NCBI RefSeq assembly: GCF_964188315.1
Contig: NC_135668.1
Location: forward strand, 5,766,001-5,830,000
DNA from: Podarcis muralis
Lineage: Eukaryota
Reading direction: 5' to 3'
Length of the DNA stretch: 64,000 bases
The position numbers and the translations under genes were made by a program. Numbering within the stretch: the stretch's first letter is position 1; each line of letters starts with the position of its first letter. The notes under the pieces are model-generated. The model made no database searches and was not told the origin of the DNA. It saw nothing but the letters and a program-made list of their open reading frames with translations. This document shows positions 11,475 to 24,308 of the stretch, in pieces.

Positions 11475-12747
11475 AACCATGTAACTGACCAGATGCATGT
11501 CCAGATCAGCTCCATGCCCAGACTCCATGCTTGAAGATACTTTTGTATTTTGTACTGAATAAGTTTTTACCTGTGTTGCTTTTGCTGTAGCATTGAGCAA
11601 TACATGAGTGAGACCTCTGATTACAGTAAGTAAAGCATTTAAACTTACTTAACTTCGTGGGCTATTTACTAGGAGATGGGTAAAGGTGGGGGAGCACATT
11701 GTGAGCGGTTAATCCTGGGATATTTAAAAGTCTAGCAACCTATATCTTGCACATTTTGAAAATGCTGCATATATTTCAGTTTTAAACACTGCTGGGGGCT
11801 CTTTTGCCTAGCGAGTGAATCAAGCCTAGTGCTTTTTTGAATTCAGGCAGTCAGAGAGGAAGGGCTTCAGGAATTGGTGCCATTGGTTGCTAAACAGTGC
11901 TTACTATCAATAAACCTTTCCTAATGTTCTACCAAAATCTTCCCCACCCCTGGAAACTGCTAGCCCTGCTATGGGTGTACTGTAGCAGCAGCAGCAGCAG
12001 CAGCAGTGGCAACAGCTAACAAGCCTCCTTGTTCATTCATACTGCTTTTTGAACTAGCATTTTCCCAACATGGTAGTGCCTTCCAGGAGTCTGTACCAGT
12101 TTTCCCATGTATATCAGCCTTCACTAGCCAGGTGCCCCCCATCAGCCCCAGCATCATATGGCTGTGCCGGGTGTCACTGATGGGAGTTGTAACCCAGAAC
12201 ATCTAGAGGGCGCCATGTTGGGGAAGGCTGTCCTAGTTAATCTCCAATGCTAGTCCGATATCCTCCTCGAATCAGCATAATCCGTGGTTGTGGCTGCCTC
12301 ATGGCAGTGCCGTAACAATGCCCAGCATGTGACAAATAACTTCTGGCTATCAGCCTTCAGTGGGTCTCCTCGTGGGGGGGGGGGGGCTGCTTTGAAACAG
12401 CCACAGAAGTAGGAGAGGGAAAGGAAAGATGTAAAGGGATCCCAGTATGTCCCTGAATGGGAAAGCAGAGAAGCAGATTGCGGGAGGAAATGGCGCCACC
12501 TGCTCCCTCAGCCATGCTTGGCTGATAAAATGGTGTGAACACTGCTGCAACTGAGCTGCGGGGCCTGCAAGCCTTTGCGTCGCAACTCTGTCTTTTGGCA
12601 ACAGGAAGGCCTCTCGCATTTCCAAAGCGCCCTCATAAAGAGACAGGAAGCTTGTGCCATGTGTGTGGCTCCAGCCCGTCCTCTTGCCGTGCTCCCAGTT
12701 CGGAGCTCTGATGCAGATTCAGTGCCCACTACCCTCCTCCTGACAAT

Positions 12748-12944
12748 TTGTTCTTTAATCATTTAGTCGTGTCCGACTCTTCGTGACCCCATGGACCAGA
12801 GCACGCCAGGCACTCCTGTCTTCCACTGCCTCCCACAGCTTGGTCAAACTCATGTCCATAGCTTCGAGAACACTGTCCAGCCATCTCGTCCTCTGTCGTC
12901 CCCTTCTCCTTCTGCCCTCAATCTTTCCCAACATCAGCGTCTTT
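12748..12944 (-). mobile_element. Bov-B 3' fragment with TSD
   Basis: Matches the 3' end of the 7238 copy. 10-bp flanking repeat TCCTGACAAT at 12738-12747 and 12945-12954. Confidence 0.9.
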
Positions 12945-12954
12945 TCCTGACAAT

Positions 12955-13291
12955 CACAATTAATTCATTCCGCGAGTTTTGTCGTCTTGCAATTTTTTTC
13001 GTCTTGCGAAGCATGGTGTCGGGAAAGTTTTGGAAAAGCTTCAAAAATCACCAAAGTCTTTGAAAACCTCAAAAAAGGCTACCACACCGCGTTCTATGAG
13101 TTGCTCCTCGAAGTCAAGTCGCAACTGTATTAACGGTGTTAAGAAAAAGGAAACAAACTTGCAAGACGTTTCCGTCTTGCGAAGCAAGCCCATAGGGAAA
13201 ATCGTCTTGTGAAGCAGCTCAAAAAACAAAAAACCCTTTCGTCTAGCGAGTTTTTTGTCTTGCGAGGCATTCGTCTTGCGGGGCACCACTG
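12955..13291. mobile_element. Tc1/mariner MITE (ends shared with 37176-37524), left end disrupted
   Basis: Right terminus GTCTTGCGGGGCACCACTG + TA, with multiple CGTCTTGCGA subterminal motifs. Confidence 0.8.
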
Positions 13292-13709
13292 TACCTCTGT
13301 CTTTTTGGCTGAGGGTGCATTCTGCCAGTCACTTTTTGGGATTCCCAGCCTTGCCTGACCACTAGACATCCAAGAAAATACAGAAGAAAAATCAGTCAGA
13401 GATGCTGTTGCTGGACGTCCACTGCTGACAGATAAGAAGTGTTGCTGTGGAACCAGCCCATACAACTGATGACTCTCCAGCCAGGTCCTGCCAGCAGTTT
13501 CTGCTGCCCTAGAGTGATGGCAAAAGTAAGTGGTTCATGGAAGTCCCTCAATGGGCTGCCATCCAGGCCCAACTTCGGCACACAGCACCCTTGAATGGCT
13601 GGCAGGGACACAACAGGGATCCCGCTGAGCTGACACCTGCCCTACCCCCCATGTCAAGCATCTGGGTCTGGAAGCTGCCCTTTTAATTCCCATGAAACAT
13701 CTCTCTGCT

Positions 13710-13784
13710 TAAAGGTAAAGGGACCCCTGACCGTTAGGTCCAGTCGCGGATGACTCTGGGGTTGCAGCACTCATCTCGCTTTAC
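13710..13784 (-). mobile_element. Sauria SINE 3' fragment
   Basis: taaaggtaaagggacccctgacc…gactctggggttgc…ctcatctcgcttta. Confidence 0.85.
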
Positions 13785-14062
13785 TGTGCAATTGTGGGTG
13801 CATTGTCTTGTTGCCAGTGTGGAAGGTAAGCTTCAACTGCCTGCCTGTGGGCGGGGTGGGGTGGGCGGTTCTGTAGGTGAAATTGGTGGGAGGGAGTCAT
13901 GGTATCTTGTTTTCCACCTCCAGCACCAAAATGTCTTGGGCCAGCCCTAAGCATGTGGCTAGAAAAATGGAAGCTGGAAGCTGGAAGCTGGTGGGCCGTT
14001 TGGTGGCCAGTATTCAGAGGCAGCACCTGTCGTGCACCACCCAGCATGAGGACTGGGAAAAG

Positions 14063-14322
14063 AGAAACCAGTGTGGTGTAGTGGTTAAGAGCAGTGGACT
14101 CGTAATCTGGTGAACCGGGTTTGCTTCCCCGCTCCTCCCCATGCAGCTGCTGGGTGACCTTGGGCCAGTCACACTTCTTTGAAGTCTCTCAGCCCCACTC
14201 ACCTCACAGAGTGTTTGTTGTGGGGGAGGAAGGGAAAAGGAGATTGTTAGCCGCTTTTAGACTCCTGAAGGGAGTGATAAAGCGGGATATCAAATCCAAA
14301 CTCCTCTTCTTCTCTTCTTCTT
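14063..14322 (+). mobile_element. CORE-type tRNA-derived SINE (Squam3/MIR-like), full length
   Basis: tRNA-like head (gtggtgtagtggttaagagc…gggtttgcttcccc), CORE-like TGGGTGACCTTGGGCCAGTCAC, and a (TTC)n-like tail. Confidence 0.8.
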
Positions 14323-14944
14323 ATGGAGGAAAGGATGGCTGTCATTTTGGTCTGGTTGTTTCCACCACCCCTGCCCTGAGATGGGTTTCATGATGCCTCC
14401 TCCTCCTCGCCTTTCTGGTGAGCTCCCATCATGGACAGCCCCGGGGCAAGGACAAGTCAAGTGACAACACAGTCTATTGTGTTTTACGAACGTCAAGCCT
14501 TCCCTTGATTGTGAAGGGGACGTGGAGCCTGTTTCCTTGCACGTCACTCTCATCAGACGGTTGTGAAATCGGATTCCGGGCCTGGATGGGGGACCAACTC
14601 TGCCCCTCTTGCACTCCGGATGCTTTCCAGATGTTTCTCCGTCACATAAATGCAGGTGATGAGAGCCACGGGCTGCACATGGGCCTGCAACAGGTGGGGT
14701 ATCACTGCCACGGCAGCCTGTGGCAAATTGGAGGAGAGGGGCAAATGGATTTTTACGAAGAGGCAATGCCCAAGTCAAGGTAGACAGGGCAAAAGGGATG
14801 GTGCTTCCCTTGGCCTCCAGACAGGAAGAGGAGCAAAGAGGACAAGGCTGGCTGCACAAGACAGGATGCTAATTTTAGAGGCACCAGCAGTGATAGAAAC
14901 ATCCCAGCCTCCTCCGCAGGAAACCGGAGCACACCTCTTGGCTA

Positions 14945-15084
14945 AGTCTTCTCCAACCTGGTGCCCTCCAGAAGTCATTGGACTACAACTCCCATCAGTG
15001 CGAGACAGCAAGGCTGTATCATGATGGGGCTGATGGGAGTTGTAGTCCAATACATCAGGAGGGCACCAGGTTCACAAAGGCTGT
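14945..15084. mobile_element. hAT-type palindromic MITE (GGACTACAACTCCC family)
   Basis: Inverted arms aacctggtgccctcc…ttggactacaactcccatcag / ctgatgggagttgtagtccaa…ggagggcaccaggtt. Confidence 0.75.
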
Positions 15085-16026
15085 GTTAGTCCTAAGTGCT
15101 GCAGCTCCTTGAGGCAGCAAATATCTTAGGCGAATCCCCAGACATGGAAAGGTGATGGAAAATGAGTGAGGGAAGAAGACTCAATGGACATTTCATGGTG
15201 CTGTATATTTGGTCAGATTATTGTCCACCTAGAAGACCAACAGGCAGCATCTCTTCCGGAGTGGGGGGTTGTCTCCTGCAGAAAGAAGGGTCTGCCGTCA
15301 TGAGCTCATTTTATTAAGTGGAGATGCTTCCAGGGTTGGCAAGAATTTTGGTTTTTGTAAATGCGATTTTCCTCAGAAGGGGAGATTCCAGATTGCGTAG
15401 GAGGTGAGGAGGAAAGAGACTGGCATTTTGATACCCGTGTTGTCATGTGGACACTGCAAAAAACTTGCCCACCTGGAAGCTGCCCGCTTCTCCCTTTTCA
15501 CTTCAGACATTTTGGGTGCAAATTGGGAAGCAAGTAGGAGATGGGTGATTTCCAGTTCTTCTGCACAGCTCAGTGGAGTCTGTGCAGGGAGAGAGGGAGC
15601 ACCCTCCCAGGAGGACCGTGAGATGGAAGAAGTGGGTGTGGTCTTGGGGAGGGGGCGCTGTGCAGTGTGTTGGTGCAGGCTGTTGCCGACTCCAGGGCAC
15701 GCCCCCCCCGCCCCCCTGTTAGCAGCAGCTGTCGGCTGTGAGGGGGAGGAGGGCTGGAGGTGGGTGAAGCCAAGGAGATGCTGTGCAGATGTGAGGGGAG
15801 TGAAAGAGTGCAATAATATTTTTTAAAGACTGTCAGGGGGCAAAATCCCCAGCTGCACCAGATTAGCTCTTTCTCCTTTCCTCTGTTGCTGTCTTGGACT
15901 TGGAGGGGTTCGTGGTGAGGAAAATTATTTTCATTTTTAAAAAGAGAGAGAAGCAAGAGCCCAGGACAGGACAGACCTCTGCACCCTGTTGCCAAAAAGC
16001 CAGTTTGTGCCCTCTCACATGAAGAC

Positions 16027-16436
16027 TGAAATATACTCAGAGTCGAGAGTGGATTTCATGCTCTTTATTCAGCTCATAGTGGTGAGGAGGAATGAATGAA
16101 TGTCCCCTCAAAGTATCTGCTTTATATACATTATTTACACAATGGGCCCCACGTGATTGGCTAATTCCGGGATTCTCCTGTAGGCCAATCAGGTTGTGGA
16201 TTCACTTCCACCTGGAGCTGGATTGGGTGGCTCCTGTGGACCAATCATACTGCTGCATTGTTCTAGGACCAATCAGACTGCTGCATTCTGAATCCTATTG
16301 TTCTAGGACCAATCAGACTGCTGCATTCTGGATCCTATTGTTCTAGGACCAATCAGACTGCTGCATTTTGGATCCTATTGTTCTAGGACCAATCAGACTG
16401 CTGCATTTTGGATCCTATTCAACTCAGTACATAACG
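16027..16436 (-). mobile_element. Solo LTR with 5-bp TSD
   Basis: TSD AAGAC at 16022-16026 and 16437-16441. Plus-strand termini TG…CG (one end mutated from TG…CA). On the minus strand, a CCAAT repeat array is followed by TATATAAA and then AATAAA. Confidence 0.88.
16239..16419. repeat. 40-bp tandem minisatellite inside the solo LTR
   Basis: The motif TTCTAGGACC recurs at 16261, 16301, 16341 and 16381, plus a partial unit. Confidence 0.95.
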
Positions 16437-17094
16437 AAGACGCACTTTGAGACATAGCCCTGAAAACACACAGGTGCAAACACGGGGAAACTAGCCAACG
16501 TTTGCATTAATGCCCTCATGTGGACCCAGCAGCAACGGCCTCCTCTAAGTGGCAGCTCCGCAGGCCTTTGCTCTGTAGGAGAGCCTGGGGGGGGGGTGCC
16601 TCTGCCAGCACCTAGAATACATTCCCCAAATCTCCATTTAAAACAATCTCAGGTAACAGAGCTTGAAGGACACTTGAAAGGCACCTGTCTCAATCCAGTC
16701 AAAGTAGACCAGAGATGGGCAGGGGGCCTGTGACCCTCCAGATGTTGTTGGACTACAACTCCCATCACCCCTGATCGCTGGCCTGTCTGGTGGGGGCTGA
16801 GCTGGATGGACCAATGGGCTGGCTCAGAATAAGGCAGCCTGTTGTGGCGGGCAGATCATTCAGAGGCCGACTCCTTCCCTCTTTCCTGATTGGCTGAGGT
16901 CATGGATTGCTCATTAAGCATTCTGAGCAATGAAAGAACGAGCCTTTTCAAGGGCAAATGCTCACAGCCAGTTTGGATGGGGAAATCCTCCCACAAGCCA
17001 CAGGGGCAGGAGGAGGAAACCCTGTCTGAAAAGTCCCTGGTGGAAATGGGCTCCAGGAAGGAGAGAAAGAAAGGGCCAAAGCTGAGCCAAAGTG

Positions 17095-17225
17095 CCTTTT
17101 CCAGCCTGGTGCCCTTCTGTTGTTTCAGTTGGACTACAATGCCCATCATTCCCAGGGCATATGGCTTTGCTGGCTGGGGCTGGTGGGAATGGTAGTCCAA
17201 AACTTCTGGAGGGCACCAGGTTACA
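17095..17225. mobile_element. hAT-type palindromic MITE, diverged
   Basis: cagcctggtgccc…ggactacaatgcccatcat / tgggaatggtagtcc…gagggcaccaggtt. Confidence 0.65.
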
Positions 17226-20200
17226 CACGACTGATGCTGGAAGATGGTGGGCTTGACATATTGAAGAGAAGCTCATGAGGCCTCTGCTAAGCCCACCCCC
17301 CCCCCCCAACATTTTTTAACACACCGTTTGCTTGTGAGCAACTTAAGGAGCTGTCATTGTATGAAGCAAAAGACAGAGAGTCCTAGACTCCTTACCTGGA
17401 AAGCACAAATAAGTTTCTGGGGCCAAAATCTGAGCATTAAAGCCCAAAGAACTGAACCATTTAAAAAACTGCTTTAAAAACATTTTCGCAGCAAATGTGA
17501 TAAAGACATTCTTGGCAATGAAGCTGCACCGTGACCTTTCGTGAATAGTGAAGTGTGAGAGACACAGAGGAATGCGGCAAGTCTTTTGGTGTGTTCCTAT
17601 GAAATTATTGCTGATTGCCAAGGCTTGGGGCTGAGCGGGGTGGGGGATGTGTGGTCGATCTTTTTTTCTTTGGGTCAGGACAGATTCCGCTCCCCCTTCT
17701 CCTGGGCAGTGAGTCTGGGCCACTTGTGCTGCTTTTGCAAAGGGGTCGCAGGGTGAACAAGTCTCTGGCCATGGGGCGGCAACTTACCTGAGAGGTAAGT
17801 TCCAGTGACCCTGCTGCAGACGGAGTCAGTCCCAGGAGAAGTTTAGCAAAAGGTATCCTCAGAAGGCCAAAGTGGGGTCCTTGGTTTACAAGAGGGTCTA
17901 GTCCTCCGTCCTGCCAGGGCCTGTTGGCATTAGGGGATGACCCAAGTTCGCCCCCCAAACCCTGATCTTCCACTTCAAAGGCTTAACCATCTGCCATCCG
18001 CTTTCAATGGGAGGTTTGAGATGCACCACCAGGTCATGGCTTGATCTAAGGTGAGTTCAACAACAGTGCTATCACGATACAGACATCTAGGGTTACAAAA
18101 AAAGTCAAGAATTGGTCCCCCAAGTGCATGCTTGGGTTAAAGGTGAGACGCAGGCCTGAAGAAGTTGAAGACTTCTGCTCCAGAAGATCACCTTGTCCTC
18201 CTCCCCCACCACACAGGCTGCGCAGCCTGTCAAAAGTGGTTTGTTGTTCCCAATTTGGTCAGAGGCACCAGCAGCCACATATTTTCCACCCATGTTTGAC
18301 GCCTCCCAGGCATCTGTGTTCCTGTGTCAAAATGGAATCCTCAAGAGACAAGTCACTCATTTTCACACGGTGGAGATGGATGGAGGCCTCACACCTTCTT
18401 CCATAACCATCTGATAGCTGCCAGTGTGGGAAGAAAAACCGTCTCTGGATTACAGTCAAGGCCATTTGCTGTCTTAACAAGGTGCAAATGTTGTGAAGGG
18501 GTAACCGGGGGAGGGGGCAATTCACAGCCTCCTGTACATGCCTGCCCTGAAAAGTGGAGGCAGAGTTCAAAAGAAACCCACCAGAAGTTGTTAAAAGAGA
18601 CACCAGATATCAATCCCTCATTAGTCACCACTGAGGGGAAGGTTTTGGTATGAACATGGCTGTTTGCCTGATGCCCACAGAGTGTTGAGTTTGGCACCAT
18701 TCAAGGCAGGATCCTGGGCCCTCAACGTCAAAGTGGCCTGAGGGGTCCCTATTTTGGTGTCCAAAGCACAGCAGGAGTTTTAACCATTTGATCCCTAGAA
18801 GACGGCTCAGCTCTATGTCTCTCATGAAAGTAGAACATTGCAATCTTGCACATGCCTACTCAGAAGTATGTCCCATGTTGAGTAGAGATGTATAGGGTTG
18901 CACTGGAAATGTATTGCTGCCCCGAAAGCTCACAGGGCAACTTACTGTCAAAATGAACAGGAAGATTGTAAGCTGTTGGCAGAGGCTTGGTTTTGTTCTT
19001 CATTTATTTGCACAGTATCTCTAGTGCCAGCAAAGTCAGGCACTTCAGAAATATCAAAGAGAAGCAAGTAAGTCATATTAAACTATCTCTTCAGCTCATC
19101 AGAATCCATCCTAAACTAAACCCTTTCATGTTCTATGGATGAATTCCTGATCCTGGTTTTGATAGGAGAGTTAACTACATGCTTAAAATTAAAATTTCTC
19201 CCCTTAGAAAGCAGTAAGTTCAAATCAAAAAGTTCTTTGAAAATGATTGTGAGAGGATTAATTGCTTGATTACTGCATTGACTCTGCACTAAACTGCAAA
19301 TAAATAAACTAATCTCTTTGAAGGAGGAGGAGGAGGAGAACACAACATTTTAATTGGGTGAAGTAACTGAGCATTGCAGCTGCAAAATCAACGTGCCCAA
19401 CTTCTCTAGAAAGGCTCCTATCTGATCAGTAAGAAAGAGCACTGTAGTCTGGCCAGTTAAAATCTTAGAAGAGGCATCCCAGACAGAAAGGTGATGAAAG
19501 TGATGGAACTGCCATTTTAATAAGACTATTAAAACTATTCTGCCCCTGTCAGCAGAGTTCTCATTGCCCTCGCATGAGGCAAAGCAATGCTGTCCTAGTC
19601 AAGGGAAGCTCAACCTGCCTGGTTGCTGGGAGGTTGGCAAAAACATTCCCATTTCCAAATATGTATTGCTGCCCCAATTTGGGAGAATCAACTAGCCTGG
19701 GATTGCTGGGTTTGGAGTGTTTTAGCTGAATGGTTTTGAGCAGTTGTTTCTTTGTATTGCACTTTAGGTAAGCCACCTTCAAGATTGTTTTGGATCAAAA
19801 GACAGGGTGGAAAATAATTAAGGGACTCCACACAATGTTGCTGTCGGATCGTGGCATTCCAGTTTCTTCTCTGTGGACCTTGTTTGCTTTTTTCTAGTCC
19901 TGATTTCTGGTGATTTTTAAACACAACTGAAGTACCAGCCTTTCCACTGCTGTCATGCAAATTCTTATTGAGGTTTTTAAGGAATTCTGTGTCCAAATCA
20001 GAGGCTTCCTGTTTGCAGATTCAGTCCATTTCATTGCTTTCTGTTCAACGTGACTGAGGAATTGTTTAGTTAGCTTCTGTTCCCCCGGGGAGGTCTGTGT
20101 GTAAAATTATCGTTTAACACACAAGGAACAGAAGCTGACAAAATAACAGAAAATTAAGCGACAATTCTTCATTAATCACTAGTCACACCAAACAGGAAGA

Positions 20201-20369
20201 ACAAAAGCCTGCACAACTTGCTTTTAATTAATATTGGAAAGGAGCTTTGCAGAATATGACTTATTTGTGAGTAACTATTAAAGAAGGAGCATGGCCACAG
20301 AGAAGAGCATTGGCCGTGTTATATTAGAGCTATATTAAGTGCTGTGTTGTAGAAAAGCTGGTTATGGAA

Positions 20370-20743
20370 GGATGTGGGTGGCGCTGTGGTCCAAACCACT
20401 GAGCCTTTGGGCTTGCCAATCAAAAGGTCAGCAGTTTGAATCCCCACAACGGGGTGAGCTCCTGTTGCTCGGTCCCAGCTCCTGCCAACCTAGCAGTTCA
20501 AAAACACACCAGTGCAAGTAGATAAATAGGTACTGCTCCGGCAGGAAGATAAACGGCATTTCTGTGCGCTGCTCTGGTGTTGGTGTTCTGTTGCGCCAGA
20601 AGCGACTTAGTCATGCTTGCCACACGATCCGGAAAAACTGTCTGCGGAGCGGACAAATGCCCGCTCTCTCGGCCAATAAAGCAAGAAGAGCGCCACAACC
20701 CCAGAGTTGTTCGTGACTGGACTTAACTGTCAGGGGTCCTTTT
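20370..20743 (+). mobile_element. Sauria SINE, near full length
   Basis: tRNA-like head ggatgtgggtggcgctgtggt…, body …gcaagtagataaataggtac…, tail …caggggtcctttt. Confidence 0.9.
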
Positions 20744-22212
20744 AAGCTCTCACTAGCAGCAAAGAGACCCTTGTGTGGAAGTAGCCCAGGTGAGTCTTTT
20801 TTTAAAAAGTGCTTGGTTTTGTACATTTGTGGAAGACTTGAAATACGGGTCCTTCTGTTTGTTTATTTTTAAAGTACAGGTTGTAATTCTGGTTTCTCTG
20901 TGTGATATTATATGCTTTACTTTCATATCTTTGTAACCTGAGGCTGCAAGGGGCGGGGTCTTAACGTAAAAATGGCATCCTGCTGGCCTCTCCTTTCTCT
21001 GGGACAGACACCCTTCCTTGCTGTGTGTTAGCACTGCCAGCTCTGTCTGTCCAGTATAAAACTGGCCTGGGAATACAGAGTTTTCACACAGAACCGTCCC
21101 TGGTTATGTGTAGCCCTGAACGAGTTTTCTTTCTCATTTGTTAATCCAGAGCTTGTTTATTCTAGAAAACAGGAGAAGTGACAGGAGGAGATTGCTGGCA
21201 TCAGAGGCTTCAGCAGTCCCTTCTATAACCGCCCCCCTCGGCAAACACACACCCCCGCTGCAGCTTTTACTGTGAAGTGATAAATGATTCCTCGCCCCTC
21301 TTGGGTTAGAGGGCACCAAACTTCAAATAACTACAACATCCGATAACAAAGTTTTTTCTTCTTCCATCATTTACAATCAAAACACCGAGAACGCAGCCCT
21401 CTGGACCCTCATCCTTCTTGTTCAATTGTAAATCCCAGCAAAATGGCTTACAGGTGTCGGGATTAGAAAATATTCATTGGGAAACGAAACATCTCAGCAG
21501 CTGGATTCCTCGTTTGGGAGCTGGGCTTGCTGCTTTGTTTAGAGACTGTTGACGGGACAACTGCAAGTATTCCTTTGGGTAGAGACAGAGTTAAATAACA
21601 AGAGGGATGAGTAACCAAACAGCTGGTGAGTCTCCCTCCTCCTCCCCTTATCCACCCCCTCCCCATTAAACATACCTGTGTTTCTTGATTTATAGTAATT
21701 CTCCACCACTGCCACAATACAACTTGCATTCTGTGTATTACACACCATTCTGCGTTGGGCGTCTGGGAGGACAATAAAGAGCTCAGGCTCCAGAAATGAG
21801 GTTTGGCAGGACTTGATAGGGTCTGCATTTGCCAACTGGCTAGTCTTTATGTTTTGGGCCAAGGAAATCTGGATTGTCAGTTAACCGCACCTTTTGTGTA
21901 CAAGCTACCGGAGATATCGATGTCAACACTTCATCAGTACCTGGCACATCAATATCCTGCTTGCAGTTCTTTGGGTCTCCCTCCCCTCCCTCCAGGTTTC
22001 ATACTTTTGGGGTTTGCAACCAGCACCAGTAGCAATACATAAAATATTGGGGGAGAGACGATGGAGCAAGTTCAGGGATGTGGGGCCAGCTCTGATGTGT
22101 CTGCACAAGCTGTTAAGGAAATGGTCTCTACACTGAGGGAAGGGGCTAAGAGTATTTTTGGAGGGGAGAGACATGCTCACACTTGACCTCTTATCTCAAC
22201 AATAACCCTAAC

Positions 22213-22331
22213 CAGGGCTTTTTTCAGGGAGAACTCACAGGAACTCAGTTCTGGCATCTCTCAGTTGGGCAACATTGCCATTCTAAGAGAGCAGGTGTTC
22301 CGGCACCTTTTTTTTCTAGAAAAATAGCAGT
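22213..22331. mobile_element. Short non-autonomous DNA transposon (hAT-like)
   Basis: cagggcttttttc…gaactcagttctggca…ctagaaaaatagcagtg, with imperfect terminal inverted repeats. Confidence 0.55.
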
Positions 22332-22543
22332 GGCTTAACCCTATCCTTAAATGCTCCCAACGGATAATAATGCTTCTTAAAATTTCATTTGCAGTGATTC
22401 CCTGAAACTTGTAATCAGAAGCACACCACCTCTGACTATGGAGGTGGTTCATAGCTATTGCGGCCAGTAGCCACTGACAGCCGCCTTTTCCTCCACTTAC
22501 AGATCTCATTGCCTTTCAAAGCCTTCCATGGTGGTGGCTATTA

Positions 22544-22882
22544 GGCGCTGTGGGTCAAACCACAGGGCCTAGGACTTGCCGATCAGAAGGTGGGCAGTTC
22601 GAATCCCTGCGACGGGGTGTGCTCCCGTTGTTCGGTCCCAGCTTCTGCCAACCTAGCAGTTCGAAAGCACATCAAAGTGCAAGTAGATAAATAGGTACCG
22701 CTCCGGCGGGAAGGTAAACTGTGTTTCCGTGCACTGCTCTGGTTCACCAGAAGCGGCTTAGTCATGCTGGCCACATGACCCAGAAGCTGTACGCCGGCTC
22801 CCTTGGCCAATAAAGCGAGATGCGCGCCGCAACCCCAGAGTCGTCCGCAACTGGACCTAATGGCCAGGGGTCCCTTTACCTT
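22544..22882 (+). mobile_element. Sauria SINE
   Basis: Aligns by eye to the full-length copy at 39761-40111. Confidence 0.92.
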
Positions 22883-23029
22883 TTTATGAGGTGTAAAGAA
22901 GAATCAACATGGAAATGCGAAAGGGGTTTCCAGGAAGTCTTCCACGCAGGTACTTAGACTGGCATGGCTACAGCAACGTGGTACCCTCATGGGATGTAGA
23001 GAGGTACGAAGGCAGGAATGGGGAAGAAA

Positions 23030-23440
23030 ATAGATTCAGTTTGCATTTCAAGGTGAACCTGCCTAATTCACTCTCCCTGAAAAAATATGCAAGCTGAAAC
23101 ACAGGTGCCCTTCAAAATTTGCACTTTTCTGAATTGTGCAATGTTGTTGGCCTGGTAACTTGTATAAAAAACATATATACTAGGATAAAGTCTGCATTAT
23201 AAGCACATGACAAAAATGACATACAAGAATGATATTAGGGAAAACTGTGTTGTAAAAATATTTATATTAGGGAAAGTTGTATATAAAAAATTATTAGAAG
23301 AAACCTGCACTAAAATGCTGATCAATTTTCATAAACTTTTTTATTTTTATTTTATTTTATTTAAAAAAACACTAACTGATTTGGAAATGTGAAGAACTGA
23401 ACTTACAGCTGGAAAAATGGGAACCTGAAAGAAACCAGCT
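23030..23440 (+). mobile_element. AT-rich interspersed repeat fragment (probable non-autonomous DNA element)
   Basis: gattcagtttgcatt…gaaaaaatatgc…tgcactaaaatgctga…gaactgaacttac…ggaaaaatgggaac, a recurrent lizard repeat pattern. Confidence 0.45.
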
Positions 23441-23917
23441 TGGACAGATTTGCCCATCCTTCCCACAATGTGGATCTTTATGCTTTCTCTCTTTTTGTGA
23501 CCATTTCGTGTGCCCTTTGAGGGTTCACAATGATGGTGCACCTGTGGAAGGCAGAATGGTCCTGCTCCATGAGCCTCTTTGACCTCCAGAAGACCAATGC
23601 AGCTTCATTCTCCTTCTGAATGAAGAACTAGGAGGCTTCCTCTTTCTTAAGACACAGTGATGGCAGTGCTCATCCTAATCTCTATCACAGGTTCCCTGTA
23701 GGGCTAAATAAGGAGGTGTTGAGATAATGGGCAGACAGTTGGACACTTGGAAGGGGCCTCCAAGGTCCTCTGACCCAACCCCATGCTGATGGGAGAAATC
23801 CACTGCTGCCGCCTCTCTGATAGGTGGACCGTCCAGCCTCTACTTTAAAACCTCCAATGAAGGAGAGTTAACCACTTCTGAGGCAAAGCCACTTCTGGGC
23901 CTGCCCCAAGAGGTGGG

Positions 23918-24308
23918 GTTGCGGAGAAGGGGTTAAGAGGATGTGGGGGGGGGAGGAACGCCATCACCTCCCCCCAGTGAGCGAAGGGTGGTCCGTTAAA
24001 GGACTCCGGGGGGCGGGGCCCTGTCCGAAGCCTATGGAGGTGAGGGCCAAAGGCACGCCCCAGAGCGGTGACCCGGGGGAGCTCCTAGTCGACGTGCCTC
24101 GGCGGGAGACTCCCCCGATATAGTGTTAACCCTTCCCCATGTCTCCAGCAAATGGGCTGGAGCCGGATAGTCGATAGGACCAATGCCTAAGCCAATGCCT
24201 CTCATTCCTGAATTCAATAAAGTTGTGGCCTAATTCGCCCATTAACCTTAAACTATGGTGTCTCGTGTCTTTATTTATCCTGGTGGGGGGTGGGAACTCG
24301 CCACGCAA
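23918..24308 (+). mobile_element. LTR-like element (ERV/Gypsy solo LTR or DIRS/Ngaro-type terminal repeat)
   Basis: CpG-rich, near-inverted termini GTTGCG…CGCAAG, two CCAAT boxes, then AATAAAGTTGTGGCC and GTGTCTCGTGTCTTTATT. No TSD found. Confidence 0.6.

Noticed and set aside
14063-14140. tRNA-like sequences (also the heads at 39761 and 60946)
   Set aside because: They are SINE heads running into SINE bodies and tails, with no complete cloverleaf.
16239-16419. Regular 40-bp repeats resembling a CRISPR array
   Set aside because: The units are contiguous with no unique spacers, lie inside a TSD-bounded LTR in a vertebrate genome, and have no cas genes nearby.
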